DNA of 62,947 nt, filler included, from an uncultured Clostridia bacterium (GTDB lineage: Bacteria > CAYTYR01 > UBA6262): NCBI GenBank assembly GCA_964441745.1. It is 5 parts of 4 records of this genome, joined end to end, with 100 filler letters (N's around TTAATTAATTAA, not from the genome) between each part and the next. Parts side by side here need not be neighbours in the genome. Positions count along the whole stretch, not along the records: positions 22,612 to 41,311 come from CAYTYR010000008.1; 4 more parts are not named here. One strand, written 5' to 3'. A model generated the notes under the pieces. It was given only the letters and a program-made list of their open reading frames with translations, did no database searches and was not told the DNA's origin. Shown here piece by piece: positions 28,007 to 40,500 of the stretch. Each line of letters begins with the position of its first letter. The first letter of the stretch is position 1. The position numbers were made by a program, and so were the translations under genes.

Positions 28007-28954
28007 ATGGCTAGGCCCTATCGACTGCAAGGCGAAAACTATTTTTATCATATCACCAGCCGGGGAGATGACCGGAAGAAGATCTTTATCAGTGATTATG
28101 ATTACCGTAAATTCTTGGATTATCTGCATAAAGCCAAGAAGAAACATAACTTTTACCTCTATGCCTATGTATTAATGAGCAACCATTATCACCTGCTAAT
28201 AGAAACTACTAAGCCAAATATCTCTAAAATAATGCAAAATGTGAATTCTGCCTATACCACCTATTACAATATCAAACGGCATAAATACGGGCATGTCTTT
28301 CAAGGCAGGTATAAATCTATTCTAGTGGATAAGGACAGTTATCTTTTGGAGTTGACCAGATATATTCATCTGAACCCGGTAAGAGCCGGGATGGTTAAAA
28401 AGCCAGAGGAATACCAGTGGTCTAGCTATAAAGGATATCTCACCAAAGAAGGAGACGGATATATCGACAAGGCGCAGATCAGCCAGGTAATCTCTCTAGA
28501 CGCAATGAGTTATCGTGAATTTATAAAAGAAGGAATAAATCATAAGGCAGATCCATTCAAGGAAGTCTATGGCGGGTTTATCTTAGGCCGGACCAAGTTT
28601 ATCAAAGAAAAGCTGAAGGAGCTGAAAGAGCAGGTCGCCAGCGGCAATTATGCTGATCAGGGGAGAATTGTCGGACACATAGGGAGAGAAGAAATAGCTG
28701 GGGTAATAGCCCGGGAATATGGCAAAGAGCTGGAAGAATTGAGGCACCTGAAAAACAGGCCGGCCAAAGAGAGAAACTTAGCTATCTATTTGATGAAAAG
28801 GGTGTCAGCGCTCAGCAATATTGAAATAAGTAAATATTTTAATTTATCAAGCACGGCGGTGAGTAAAGTGGTGGGAAAGGTGGAACGGGAAATGGTGGAG
28901 AAGAAGCACTTGAGAACTGAAGTTGAGCAACTTCTTTCACGTTTCAGTGCCTGA
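28007..28954 (+). CDS. REP-associated tyrosine transposase (IS200-like Y1) with C-terminal DnaA_C/TrpR-like HTH
   Basis: YHITSRG, MSNHYHLL (HUH), GHVFQGRYKS, YIHLNPVRAG, WSSY; C-terminal RNLAIYL...EISKYFNLSSTAVS. Confidence 0.92.
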   Translation: MARPYRLQGENYFYHITSRGDDRKKIFISDYDYRKFLDYLHKAKKKHNFYLYAYVLMSNHYHLLIETTKPNISKIMQNVNSAYTTYYNIKRHKYGHVFQGRYKSILVDKDSYLLELTRYIHLNPVRAGMVKKPEEYQWSSYKGYLTKEGDGYIDKAQISQVISLDAMSYREFIKEGINHKADPFKEVYGGFILGRTKFIKEKLKELKEQVASGNYADQGRIVGHIGREEIAGVIAREYGKELEELRHLKNRPAKERNLAIYLMKRVSALSNIEISKYFNLSSTAVSKVVGKVEREMVEKKHLRTEVEQLLSRFSA

Positions 28955-29046
28955 CCCCATTGTTTACGTTTTGACCCCATTGTTTACGTTTCAGTGCCTG
29001 ACCCCATTGTTTATGTGACCCCATTGTTTATGACCCCATTGTTTTA
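28952..29046 (+). repeat. Five tandem TGACCCCATTGTTT(A) copies of the element end
   Basis: Copies start at 28952, 28972, 28999, 29016 and 29031. Confidence 0.92.
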
Positions 29047-29353
29047 TTTTTTATTATTAATTAATAACCATTTTCCACCTACGCGGTGGAAAGTTGGGTT
29101 AAGGACAAAAAAGCGCTTGACAGAAGGGTCTTTATCAGGCATATTTTATTCATACAGAATTACATATATAAAGCCACGTAATTTCTGGTTGTGCCCTCCA
29201 CCAAGCTTGGCGGTTAGAGCTGGATGTTAGGTTGCCATAAGTAAGAGAATACTGGCAGCCTTTTTTGGTATAAAGACGATTACCCGCCAAAAAGATCGGC
29301 GGGCACGGCACAAATTATAAACCAGATTACACAGATTAGAGAAGAGGAAGTAG

Positions 29354-30295
29354 ATGAAAAAGATATTAATGATGATAGCGATGCTGATGCTGGTAAGCGT
29401 AAACGCTTATGCAGGGCAGAAGCTGATCAATATTACAGAGGATACTATTCCAGAAGATTCGTACAGGCCAGTGGCTGGAAAAGAGTTTATGGTAGCTGTG
29501 AAGCTGGTAGATGTGGATACTGAAAAACCCATATCCAGTCAGCCGATCATATTCCAAACGAGTATAGGTACTCTTTCTGAGACTGAAGTAACCACCAATA
29601 TCTATGGAGAAGCGATTACCTGGCTAACTACAGGTACTATGCCGGATATGACTCATAGTATTACTGCTAGCGTAAAAGACAATGCCGATATCGCTCCGAT
29701 AACCATTGAAGTTAGGAATATAGCACTACCGCTAGGAGCGCCTACTGCGGAGACGCTGCAAAATCAAGTTAAAATAGAAGCGAAGAAGATACAAGATATA
29801 ATAGCAGAAGTAGATATAATAACTAATGAACCATGGAGTGCCCCCGCAAAAAAACTTAAGGTATGGGAAAAAGGAGATTTATTAAAAGTACAAGAAATAT
29901 CGCCTAATCCAAATGTATATATTAGACCTCTTCCTGCTCCGATTACCACTCCTCCTACTATTAATATTGATATTATCGGTTATAATTCATTAGGTAATAC
30001 ATATATCATATATTCAAAAGATTTAGTTCAGGAATCGCGTTATCCGTATTATACTGATTATATAGACAATAACAGAAAACTAGTTGTTAAAAAACGCTCA
30101 TATCTGAATGAAGGACAAAGCATCAATAAAATGGAAATTTGCTATGATGTCTATTCACAAATTGATAGTATTTGGGTAGTAAAGGAAACAAGACAGATAT
30201 TCTACAAAGGTGTTGTGATGAATAAATATGAGCGCAAATCAGTTAATACTAATATATTAGTTAATAGCGGAATCCCTGATACTGATTTTGAATAG
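29354..30295 (+). CDS. Secreted protein with Ig-like (Big_1/invasin-type) domain
   Basis: Signal peptide; I.F.TSIGTLS..EVTTN.YGEA...LT pattern. Confidence 0.65.
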   Translation: MKKILMMIAMLMLVSVNAYAGQKLINITEDTIPEDSYRPVAGKEFMVAVKLVDVDTEKPISSQPIIFQTSIGTLSETEVTTNIYGEAITWLTTGTMPDMTHSITASVKDNADIAPITIEVRNIALPLGAPTAETLQNQVKIEAKKIQDIIAEVDIITNEPWSAPAKKLKVWEKGDLLKVQEISPNPNVYIRPLPAPITTPPTINIDIIGYNSLGNTYIIYSKDLVQESRYPYYTDYIDNNRKLVVKKRSYLNEGQSINKMEICYDVYSQIDSIWVVKETRQIFYKGVVMNKYERKSVNTNILVNSGIPDTDFE

Positions 30296-30312
30296 ACCGG
30301 AAAGGATCAAAT

Positions 30313-31542
30313 ATGTGGATTAGCATTAGCATTGTCTTTATAATTAGTTTTATCGTTGATTTATTTTGTTACCAAAAGGAAGAGGAGTTAGAAAGTGTAT
30401 TTAGATCAATATGTCGGCGTTCTGTTACAGTTAGTTTGACAGCGATATTACTATTAATTTATCTATTTGATAAAATAAATGGAAATTATGTTTGGTTTGC
30501 TTTTGTAGCTGGGGTTATTCTTTTTATAGTATTAGAAATAACTATTCCTAGAAAAGGATATATATGTATTCTGCAAAGCGTAGCTATTATAGTATTAGGT
30601 GGCTATTTAGTAATAATGACCTTACTCTTTCGCTACGAATTACAAACGAAGTTCTTTAAGCCCTGTTGGTCTCCGGATGGTAAGCATATAGCATTTTTTA
30701 TGCAAAATAGTTTAATTCAGTATAAACTGGGTATTCCCTTTAGCCTTTGGAGCCCAGATCCACTATGGCACAAGTACTATCTCTGCACTATGAATTATGA
30801 TGGGAAGAATTTCAGGCAGATAAAACAAAACGAGCAAGCCACAGATGAGATTTCTTGGTCAGGTAGTGGGAATATAGTATATATACAACATTTTATGCAA
30901 GATGTAGATAATGTATTACAAAGCAAAATAATGTATACCAGCCCAGATGGCAAAAAAACAGGTACACTATATGAGACGGCTAAAATCCCAACGAAAAGCC
31001 CAATAAAAGAAAATGAGATAATATTGGATCCTTGGTTGTCAATGGATAAGAGATACCTAGGATTCGTCCTAAACTACCGGGAATCCAGGCCTGAGGAAGA
31101 GAAAGCAAAGCATGGGTACTATTACGATAATTACAGATTGCTAGTTAAGGATTTAAAAACTCAGCAAAACAAGGTTGATATTTTACAAAGGGATGTGAAG
31201 TATGGAGAATATAATAAGTTTTATGGTTCTTTTATGGAAAATAAGATTGCTTATAAAGAAAATCAGCAATTAATTATTGTTAATCTTGACTCAAATAAAA
31301 ATCAGCAGATGATAATTAAAACTCTTAGTTCCAATAAGGATGAAAGAATTTATCCAAGAGATATAATAGCTGTATTGCCAATAGAGTATAATTTAAATTC
31401 AGTATATAGTGATACTGTTATTTCTCCGGAACGAAAAATGATAGCGAGGGCAGGAGGAGTATGGACAATAGACAATAAAGTAGTGTCAAATATCTATATT
31501 AAGCCAAAGCGCAGTTATTTATTTAATATCTTTAGTAAATAG
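30313..31542 (+). CDS. Membrane protein (4 TM) with TolB-like beta-propeller
   Basis: Hydrophobic N-terminus; PCWSPDGKHIAF, MNYDG, SPDGK repeats. Confidence 0.65.
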   Translation: MWISISIVFIISFIVDLFCYQKEEELESVFRSICRRSVTVSLTAILLLIYLFDKINGNYVWFAFVAGVILFIVLEITIPRKGYICILQSVAIIVLGGYLVIMTLLFRYELQTKFFKPCWSPDGKHIAFFMQNSLIQYKLGIPFSLWSPDPLWHKYYLCTMNYDGKNFRQIKQNEQATDEISWSGSGNIVYIQHFMQDVDNVLQSKIMYTSPDGKKTGTLYETAKIPTKSPIKENEIILDPWLSMDKRYLGFVLNYRESRPEEEKAKHGYYYDNYRLLVKDLKTQQNKVDILQRDVKYGEYNKFYGSFMENKIAYKENQQLIIVNLDSNKNQQMIIKTLSSNKDERIYPRDIIAVLPIEYNLNSVYSDTVISPERKMIARAGGVWTIDNKVVSNIYIKPKRSYLFNIFSK

Positions 31543-31556
31543 GAGAAAAGGCCACG

Positions 31557-34500
31557 GTGAGACAAATAGTTCGTCTTTTAGTAATATCCTTAATAGCACT
31601 ATTAATTAGCATTCCATTAATAGCCGGAGGGCACGATTATGTGCCTTATCCGGTTATTTTTATTCATGGATTTAATGCTGATATAGGATCATGGAGTACT
31701 ACAAAACAGAACTTAGGGTATTTATATAATAGTAAATATGACTTTTCTTCCGCAGCACAATATTTTCCTGATATGAATTATGGTGCTCAAAAGTTGGGAG
31801 ATTTCAGCAAGAATGGAGACTGTACTTATATTGCAGATAAGGGAAACAGTAGTCTCAAAGCAGTTATTGATGCGGTTTTAGAAAATAGTCAAATGATTAA
31901 TCTTCCGCCAGAAGAAAAGAAAGTCATTATCGTTGCTCACAGCTTTGGTGGACTAGTGACTAGGGCTCTTCTGAAACAAGATCCAAGCATGCAAGATAAG
32001 ATAGCCAAGGTAGTATTTGTGGGTGTGCCACATCAAGGGTCGTCACTGGCCAGTGCCTTATGGATATTCAAAGAAGTGGACGCAAAACTTGATGTGCTAA
32101 TAAATAAATACGCTAACTCGACAAATATTTTATCCACTCCGCTTATTAATAATACTACAGTTAATAACACACATCTAAGTATATTGGGTAGATTAATAGC
32201 CTTTAAAGAAGATATTCAGAATACAATACAAGAATCAGATTCGCTATGGAATGTTCTTGATATTGATCCTTATGGCAAGGCAATAGAACAATGTCGTTTA
32301 AATGAGTATGTTTATTTTAAAAAAGTATTTAATGACTACGGTATAATAGAAGTTTTAGAAAAATATCATACCGGTGGTGAGACTTTTCTTGGAAATTCTG
32401 CTAATTTAGGAACTCCGTCTATATTTAGTACAATATATGCAGAGACTGGATCTCCAAGTAAAGCCGGCGAATTTATGAAGTTTTGGTTTAATTTGAGGAG
32501 TTATGCTAAATATTTTGCATTTCCTGCCGGAGAATCCTTTGATGAAATCGGTGACAAAGGTGATGTAGTAGTTTCTAGTGAAAGTCAACGATTAGTGGGA
32601 GCCACTCATCAATACAAACTTCCAGATGTAGCGCATTTTGGAGGATTGACTCCTGGCGAGTGTGAGCAATATGAAACTATCCGCGAAGTGCTTTGCGAAG
32701 AAAAGCCAATAATAAAGGTAAAGAATCCTTCAATAGATAGGATTTATACCACATATATCCCCTTACAGGTAAAATTAAAAGATTACCTGCCTTTGGACTG
32801 TCAATTGACAGGATTATTATATAAGCAAGGGTATGCTAATGCTATTAACTCATTTGTTCTTAAGTATGTACCAAATCAAGTAATGAGCGCAATCCACTTA
32901 AATAAGAATTATGAGGAAGGGTCAGATAATTACCAGGCTATTGTAAGTAAGATAGTCGAACATAATCAGCCATATGATATGAACATGGCATTAGTATTGT
33001 CTCCTACAAATGCTGCTGGAATAGAAGGGTCCCCGCAAACTATTCAACTAAAATACGAATGTTTAGTATCCACCAACACGCCTGCTAATAATGAACAAAA
33101 TATTTCTGTAAATACCCCAATACAAATAACTTTTAAGCAAAAGATAAGGCAAGCCACAGTACAGAACGTTTATAATAATATCGTTATTACTCCATATCCA
33201 GGTCCTTATACTCCAAAGTGGATTGATGAATATACCGTAATCCTTACGCTGCCAAAACTTGAAGAAGATACTGATTATACGGTAACTCTTAAAGGTGATG
33301 ATCCGGGCGATGGTGATGATTTTAGTACTCAGGATTTTATTGAAAATCTTACAGGGATAGAATATTATCTCACAGATCCTAATGCTGCTTTAGATAGGTA
33401 TGGTTTTGACCCGGATTATAGTTTTAGTTTTCATACAGAAGGTGGTAGTAGCAGTGGGGGGATAGTAGGGATCGCTGATGCATTCACTCAATGGATTCAA
33501 TTTAAAGGTCCCGATGAATCCTTTGATGTGAACAAAGGTAATTATGACTTTGTTAGTACCATTAATTCTCTCCCTGGACAATATGACCATATTTTGGTGC
33601 TTAAAACCGGATATTACAAATTTGCGACCAATATATTAAATACCTGCGGACGTTATATAACATATGTGAATCCTGATTTTAAAGCAGAAGATATTAAGCA
33701 GTATCCAGTTTTATTAATTCCTTCCAGTGGCTTGTATGGTTTGGAAACAGTGGAGAGTTTCAAGCAGAACCTGGCTGTGTACGCAGCCAATGGCGGGACC
33801 GTGATCTGCATGACTCAGCCCTATGGGGCTAATTTTATTGCTCTACCAGGCAATAAAGTATCTGGTATCGGCTATGCCGAAGACCAATCCTGCCATACCA
33901 TGTCCTCCTACATTAAACAGTATCACCCGATTTTCAGCAGTCAGGAAACAGCCAATGAAATGGATTTTGATATTGATGGCTACTTTCTTAGTTATCCAAC
34001 CGATGCCAAGACACTGCTCATCCGCTCCAAAAACAATAATCCTTGCCTGATCAATTATGCTTACGGTCAGGGACAGGTGTACGCTACTACCTTATACACT
34101 GACTGGGGGCTGCCTAACGGCCAATCCTCTACGGCTGAGCTTAATCTTTTCCGGGATCTATTGAATTACAGTGAAAACAAGAATGCCAGTATTACTGAAT
34201 TTACTCCGGGTCAAATAGTGGATACAACCTTTAAGGTACAGAACTTAAGTACTGATTCCGCGCAACAGGTATATATCAAGATATACGGCCCTGACGGGAC
34301 AACCATTGCCAGCGAAATCCTGCCTTTGACCGCAGACCTTCAGCCTGGGCAGGAAACATTAGTTGAATACAAAGGCACTGAAATTAGTAACTGGCCGCTA
34401 GGAATTTTTAGGATATATTACAAGTTGCTGAATAACCAGGGGACGCTGATAGAAGGGGATAAGTATGCCGGGAAATTCAGCGTGACCAACAAACTGGTGG

Positions 34501-37500
34501 GCAACCCGCCCGCTTACGGCGATTTTATCTTCAATGTGAGCTGTCAGGATGAATTATTCTTAAACGGTAGTGTGGTAAGTTTCGTTTACACGATAACCAA
34601 TTTGACAGACCAGAACAGAATTATTCACTATGCTAGTCTCGGATCAGGATTGTGGTGTGATGTTTTTGTACCTGCCCATAAATCTGTTAGTGTGAATGAC
34701 TATTTTCTGGCCTTGGTTGGCAGCTCTTGGGGAGGATCTGATTTTCAACGGATATTGAATATCATTTTTTATAATGGTCCATTTACTGGTTCTGCCGGAC
34801 AAGTAGTTGGTCAAGTATCTAAGCTCATTGATATATATAATTTTAAATATAACTTGGTATCAATCACTAATCCTAAATATATATATGAACCAGGTGAGAT
34901 ACCTTCAATCAAAGTAAACATGTCAAATAATAAAGAATCTGCCGATGAGTATAGCTTGGAATTGAAAATAACTAATAAGAGTAATGAGGTTGTCTGTACT
35001 AAGACCGATATCTTTAATTTAGCGGCTAAGGAAAGCTTGATCAAGGAATATATACTAGAAGGTAACTATTCCACAGGCAACTTTATTATTAGAGCAAAAT
35101 ACTACTGTCATGGTCAAATCGTTGGTGACACCTCTTCAATATTTGAGATACCAGCTGAAAAAATAACGGTAGAGCCAATCTTGCCAGAAGTGTTTGATCT
35201 AAATAGCACGGTTAACTTTAAGATTAACAATATCGGTATAGGGGATATTTATGCTGGTAAGATAATTTATGAATTACGAAACAGTATTTCCGGTATCATT
35301 TACTCTGGGGCAAAAGAGTTTGGAAGTATAAAATCCCAAGCTGCCCTGACATTTACAATTGATGCACCCGTAGAAACACCTAATTATGGACAATACAAAA
35401 TCACTTATAAAATTTATTATAATGCTAAAGAACTTCAGGGTGCAATTGATATCCCTAATAATATAATCATAGAGAACATCTTTGAAAAGAGTATATATAG
35501 TATCGGGGAAACTGTCACTGGCAAGTTCAGGATTGTGAATAATGGCAAGATACAACATAATGATATTCCTATATATGTGAAATGGTGGACTACTAATTGG
35601 TATGATAAAAATCTTGTTACGGAAACTCATCTTAAGCTGGGGCCAGGCGAAGAAAGCCAGATAGACTATAAACAATCATTAAATCTTGATATGTATATTG
35701 GTGCATATAAAGTTGAAGTAGGTAATACTGGCGTAAACAATACGTATACATTCACTATCCCACCAGCCAAACTGAACGCAAATTTGGAAAAACTGACAAT
35801 TCCGACTGGCGAATTAGTACATATAAAGATAACCAATACAGGAGGGGTTCCGAAAAATATTGTTGGTGAATACCTTTTATATAATAAGAATAATATTTGC
35901 TTTAGCGGTGGGTTAATAGACCTGCCAAATACCATTGATCCAGTCAGTGAAGTTGACGGGACATTGTTCGTTTGGAATGGTGTAGATACTGGGGACTATG
36001 TACTAAGAATACTCCTAAGAGAAGCCAAAGCTTATTATTATCCTGCCATAATGGATAAAAGTTTTAGTGTGAATATACTCAAGACAGATGTTGGCATATC
36101 ATTGGAACCTATTGAAAAATTAACAATAGGCGAGAATATGGTTAGTTTTGCCATAAATAATAGCGGCGATGCTAATATTGATAACATCAAGTTACAGCTA
36201 ACTTTGTCAGATCCTTCTGGTCAAGTGGTATTCAGTAATGAACAACCTTGCGCAGATGTCTTGGCACATAGTTCCTCCACAATTAATATGCTTGTCCAGT
36301 TAACAGATGTAACCTCAGGAAATTACAGTTTAGATTATAAATTAGCATATGGTTACAATCAAGCTGTGGCTAATAGTTACCAAATACCGAGTAGTATAAA
36401 GGTTTCCAGTATATATGGCATAAGTAGTGACAGTTATAAAGCTACTGAGCCGTTGGATTTCAATGTAGAGTTGATTAATGGCGGAGTTATCGACCGTCCC
36501 TCTTGTCTGTTGCGGGCGACTCTATTACCGTGCGGCGTTTCCGAGAAACAAGCTACTCCTGTAGAAAAATCAGTTGATATTAATGTCTTGGAAAAAGCTC
36601 TGCTTAATTTTAATATTCCCATACCGGAAGATGTCGTTCCTGGAAAGCATGATATTAAGATAGAACTGATTGAAAATGGCCAGCCAGTTTGGACTACATA
36701 TTCCTACTATAATATTGGCAAACCACTTCTTTCTATTGAGGCGCAAAGATCGGTTTGCAGGCCTGGAGACCCAGTATCACTGGAGATACTTAATAGTGGC
36801 GGCGCTGGCATAAACTTCATTACTTATATTAAGCTTTTTAATAATTCATATACCTGGCAAATTGAAAAAGAATCTCAATATCTTGCGGTAAATGGAATTA
36901 AAACAATTACTTTTAATATACCCTCTGAGTGCCCGGAAGGACCTTTTAAGCTGGCAGTAGTTTGCAGAGATGCTATAGATCCAGAAACAGGTTATTATAA
37001 ATACTATAGTTCTTTGAATAAGGACATAGAAATATTGAACACGACCGCGGAGTTAATATTAACTCCGGTATTGTCAAATATACTTACTACTGATATGGAT
37101 CTTAATTGCAGTGTCAGGAATGTAGGGGTCGTTGAAATTTCATCTGCTACAGTAACTGCCGAAATTATCGATCCTAACAGCCAACTGGTTTATGCAAAGG
37201 AAGAAGCCATTAATAATATCCAGCCAGAGCAAATAATTACTCTGACAGAACCGGTTCAATTGGATAATATCCTTTTTGGTGAGTATAAAATCAAGTATAC
37301 CTTGAGCTATCTTGGTAAGAATACCGTTGTTGAGAACAAAGCTGTTTCAGCAATAACTTTAAAGGGAATATCCCTTTCAAATAATTCATATAATGTAAAC
37401 GAAGTAGTAAACGCCACAGCTATATTTACAAATACTGGCGCTTTCCGGCAAGAATTGAATGTTGTCAGCAAAATACCAGCTCTAAATTTAGAAAGGACAG

Positions 37501-40500
37501 ATCCCCTCACCCTGGATCCGGGACAATCTGTGAGCCTGCCATTGTCCTTTACTTTGCCTGCAGATTCCTTAGCTGGTCCTTATAATTTGGAAGTTTCCTG
37601 CCAGACTAGTACTGGCACGGTTAGTGAAGACCAGATTGTAAAAGGAACAGCTGATTTTGGCATAAATCCAGGTATCCTCAGTATGAGTATGGCTAAAACA
37701 AATTATAATGCTGGAGAAAAATGCGCGGTAGACATCAGCAATATCGGTGGCGCTAATATTAGTTATCAATCTACCTTAAAACTACTAACCCAAAGCAATG
37801 TGATTATAACCCAGTGTGTTGAGTCAGCGTTAATAATGCCAGACGCTGCAAAGACAATGGCCATAGCAATACCGGAAAATATTGCTGCTGGAACTTATTA
37901 TCTTAACTTTGAATATTTAGTAGCAGGTAATCTCCAGCAATGGAACAGGAGTATCAGTATTAATGGTATTACTGCTGATCTGACCATAGATACGACCAAG
38001 GATATCTATCGCTTGAATGAAGACGCAACGACAATAGGCAATCTATCTGCCAATAATGTAGCTCAAGACCCGCTCAATCTGAATATCAAGGTCTATCGCG
38101 CGAGTGAGGCCTGGACGAACTATGTAAACACAAACACGATACTGGATATCCTGGTGGACGGCGATTATGTCTGGTTCATGACCAGTAAGGGTTTGAAGAG
38201 GTATGACCAGATCAATGATTCCTGGAAAGATTGGGGTGTGGCAGAGGGTATTGTCTCTTATTACTTTAGCGGCTGTTTCTATGATTTAGGAACGGTTAAA
38301 ATGTTGTTCAGCGATACTGAAAGCATCTATTTTATAGGTTCAGATGACTATTCTTGTAATAATAATATTGTTTATCAAGTAAATAAGACCACAGGTCAGG
38401 TGGTGGCTTGCAATTTCCCAGCTAATTGTTATGGCAGTGCTGCTATACTGGGATTCCGCAATAATAAGCTGCTTATTGAAACAGGAAGTTCTCATAAATT
38501 ACTACAATTTGACATAGAAAAAAAGTCACTAGCGATACTGGACTATGCGACAATATTGCAACAGAGCGGCAGTCAGTATTACAGCGCAATATTAGGGTTT
38601 ACTTTTGACGGACAATCCATATGGATCATGACTCTGCAAGAAATATACAAACTCAATGCTGATGATAGTGTGGAATTAATTGTAGATAAAATGAACATCT
38701 TTGACAGCACCTATTATTGGAATAGTTCTATACGCTTTAAAGCTGATGCCGAAAGTCTGTGGATACAAAAAGACACGTCTGATTATCAAACTTTTACAGC
38801 TAAAATAGAACTATGCCGGATAGATAAAACAAGTAAAACTATGGCGTCATTCAGTTTGGATATTCCTTTCTATTCTTCGAGGCCGGATTTCGTAGTGGGA
38901 GACAAAGAGTTATGGTTCCTGACTCCAGGAGTAATCAAATTTGATAAAGCCAGCAATACTTTTGAACAATATAGCCATCAGATTGTTACACTAAACACCA
39001 GAGTTATTTCATTTGCCAATGATGATGTTTGGATCGGGAATAATAGATACAACCGACTGAATGATTCCTGGACAACTTATACCCAGGCTGACGGATTGAT
39101 CAGTACCAATATCAATGCGGTTGTCGCCAATGGTAATAATGTCTGGTTTGGCACCAATGAGGGCATTAGTCGTTACGACCTTACTGCAAACTGGCAGGAT
39201 TTTAAGGACGAAATCCTGCTGGATCGGACTAAACAAGCCTATCCGGATAATGAGTATGTCTGGTTCACTACCGAAAATGGTTTAGTAAAATATTCAAAAG
39301 ATAACGACCAGTTTACCAAACTTGATGTAAATGCCACGGTTTTCTGTGTAGGCGATGATTACAATTGGCTGGTTGCCGATAAGTTATACCAGATAGATAA
39401 AACCAGTAACCAGTTGACTGAACTGCCTCTGGGAACCATTAATCCCTATACCATTGGCTATATTTGTCAGGAAGGTAATTATTTATGGCTGTTATGCGGT
39501 AATTCATTGGGAACAGAAGGGCTGGTTAAATACGATCTTAATACTAAAACAGCGGAGGAGTATCCTGCATGGTACCAAGATTATTATAATAATAGCTATA
39601 AAATTATTCCTTATGGAGACCAAATTTGGATTATTGCCAAAGACCAACTCAGAAAATTCTCCAAGATCGATCAGACTATCTCAGCTATGACCTGGCCGCA
39701 ATCACTGCAAGTTAATGGCTGTACCTATGACAATGGTTTACTCTGGTTGCTAACATCGAATAGTTTAGTTAAATATGACATGGTCACAGAAGAGATAGCA
39801 AAAACCATCGCTTACCCCGGAGCGGCATACAATATGGCGGGAACAGCCATAAATTTATTAAATGGGAATATATGGATAACCATAAATTCGTACGACTATA
39901 GTAAGGTAGCCAAATATAATGTAAGTTTGGATAAATGGACAGTATATACCTCCAATAATGGGTTGATCAATGGAGTAGTCAGTTATATAGCTTCAGACAT
40001 TAGTTATATCTGGTTTGTTGCTGATTGCGGAGTCAGCCGGTTGAAAGAAAAAGGCACCATCCTTTGGCAGAAAGACTTGGCGCTAAACGGTTCTGGGACC
40101 ATTAACTTTAATGAACTGGTTGGCCAATTAGGCGAAACTGGCAAATTCTATGTAGAAGGGACAGCAACTAATTCTATCGGCCAGCAGTTGGCTAAGGCCG
40201 AGAACAGCTTTTATGTGACTACCAGTAATGTAGCTATGACCATGAATGCGGATAAAAAGCTCTACAAGACCGGGGAAACGATCAATATCACCGGAGAAGT
40301 GGTCAATAGCGGTATTTTGGATGAAAACAGCATTCAGATGAGTTTGGAAAGGGTAACTGGCAATATCTCGGCTGGCAGTTATGCGCTGGCGGCAGGCGCC
40401 AAGCAATCATTTACCGCTTCAACCATAGCTGACAAGTCCTTCTTGCTCACTGGCAAGACTGTTTGCGGCACTGAAGAGAATGTAGTTGAAGAATATATAT

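Larger units (their letters stand above)
27940..29046 (+). mobile_element. Y1/RAYT HUH transposase element bounded by 28-bp inverted repeats, with tandem right-end copies
   Basis: CAATGGGGTCAGGCACTGAATCGTGAAA (27940-27967) versus its reverse complement at 28935-28962, 1 mismatch. Confidence 0.85.

Noticed and set aside
28952-29046. Possible CRISPR array
   Set aside because: Repeats are ~15 bp with 0-12 bp non-unique spacers derived from the element end, and there are no cas genes.
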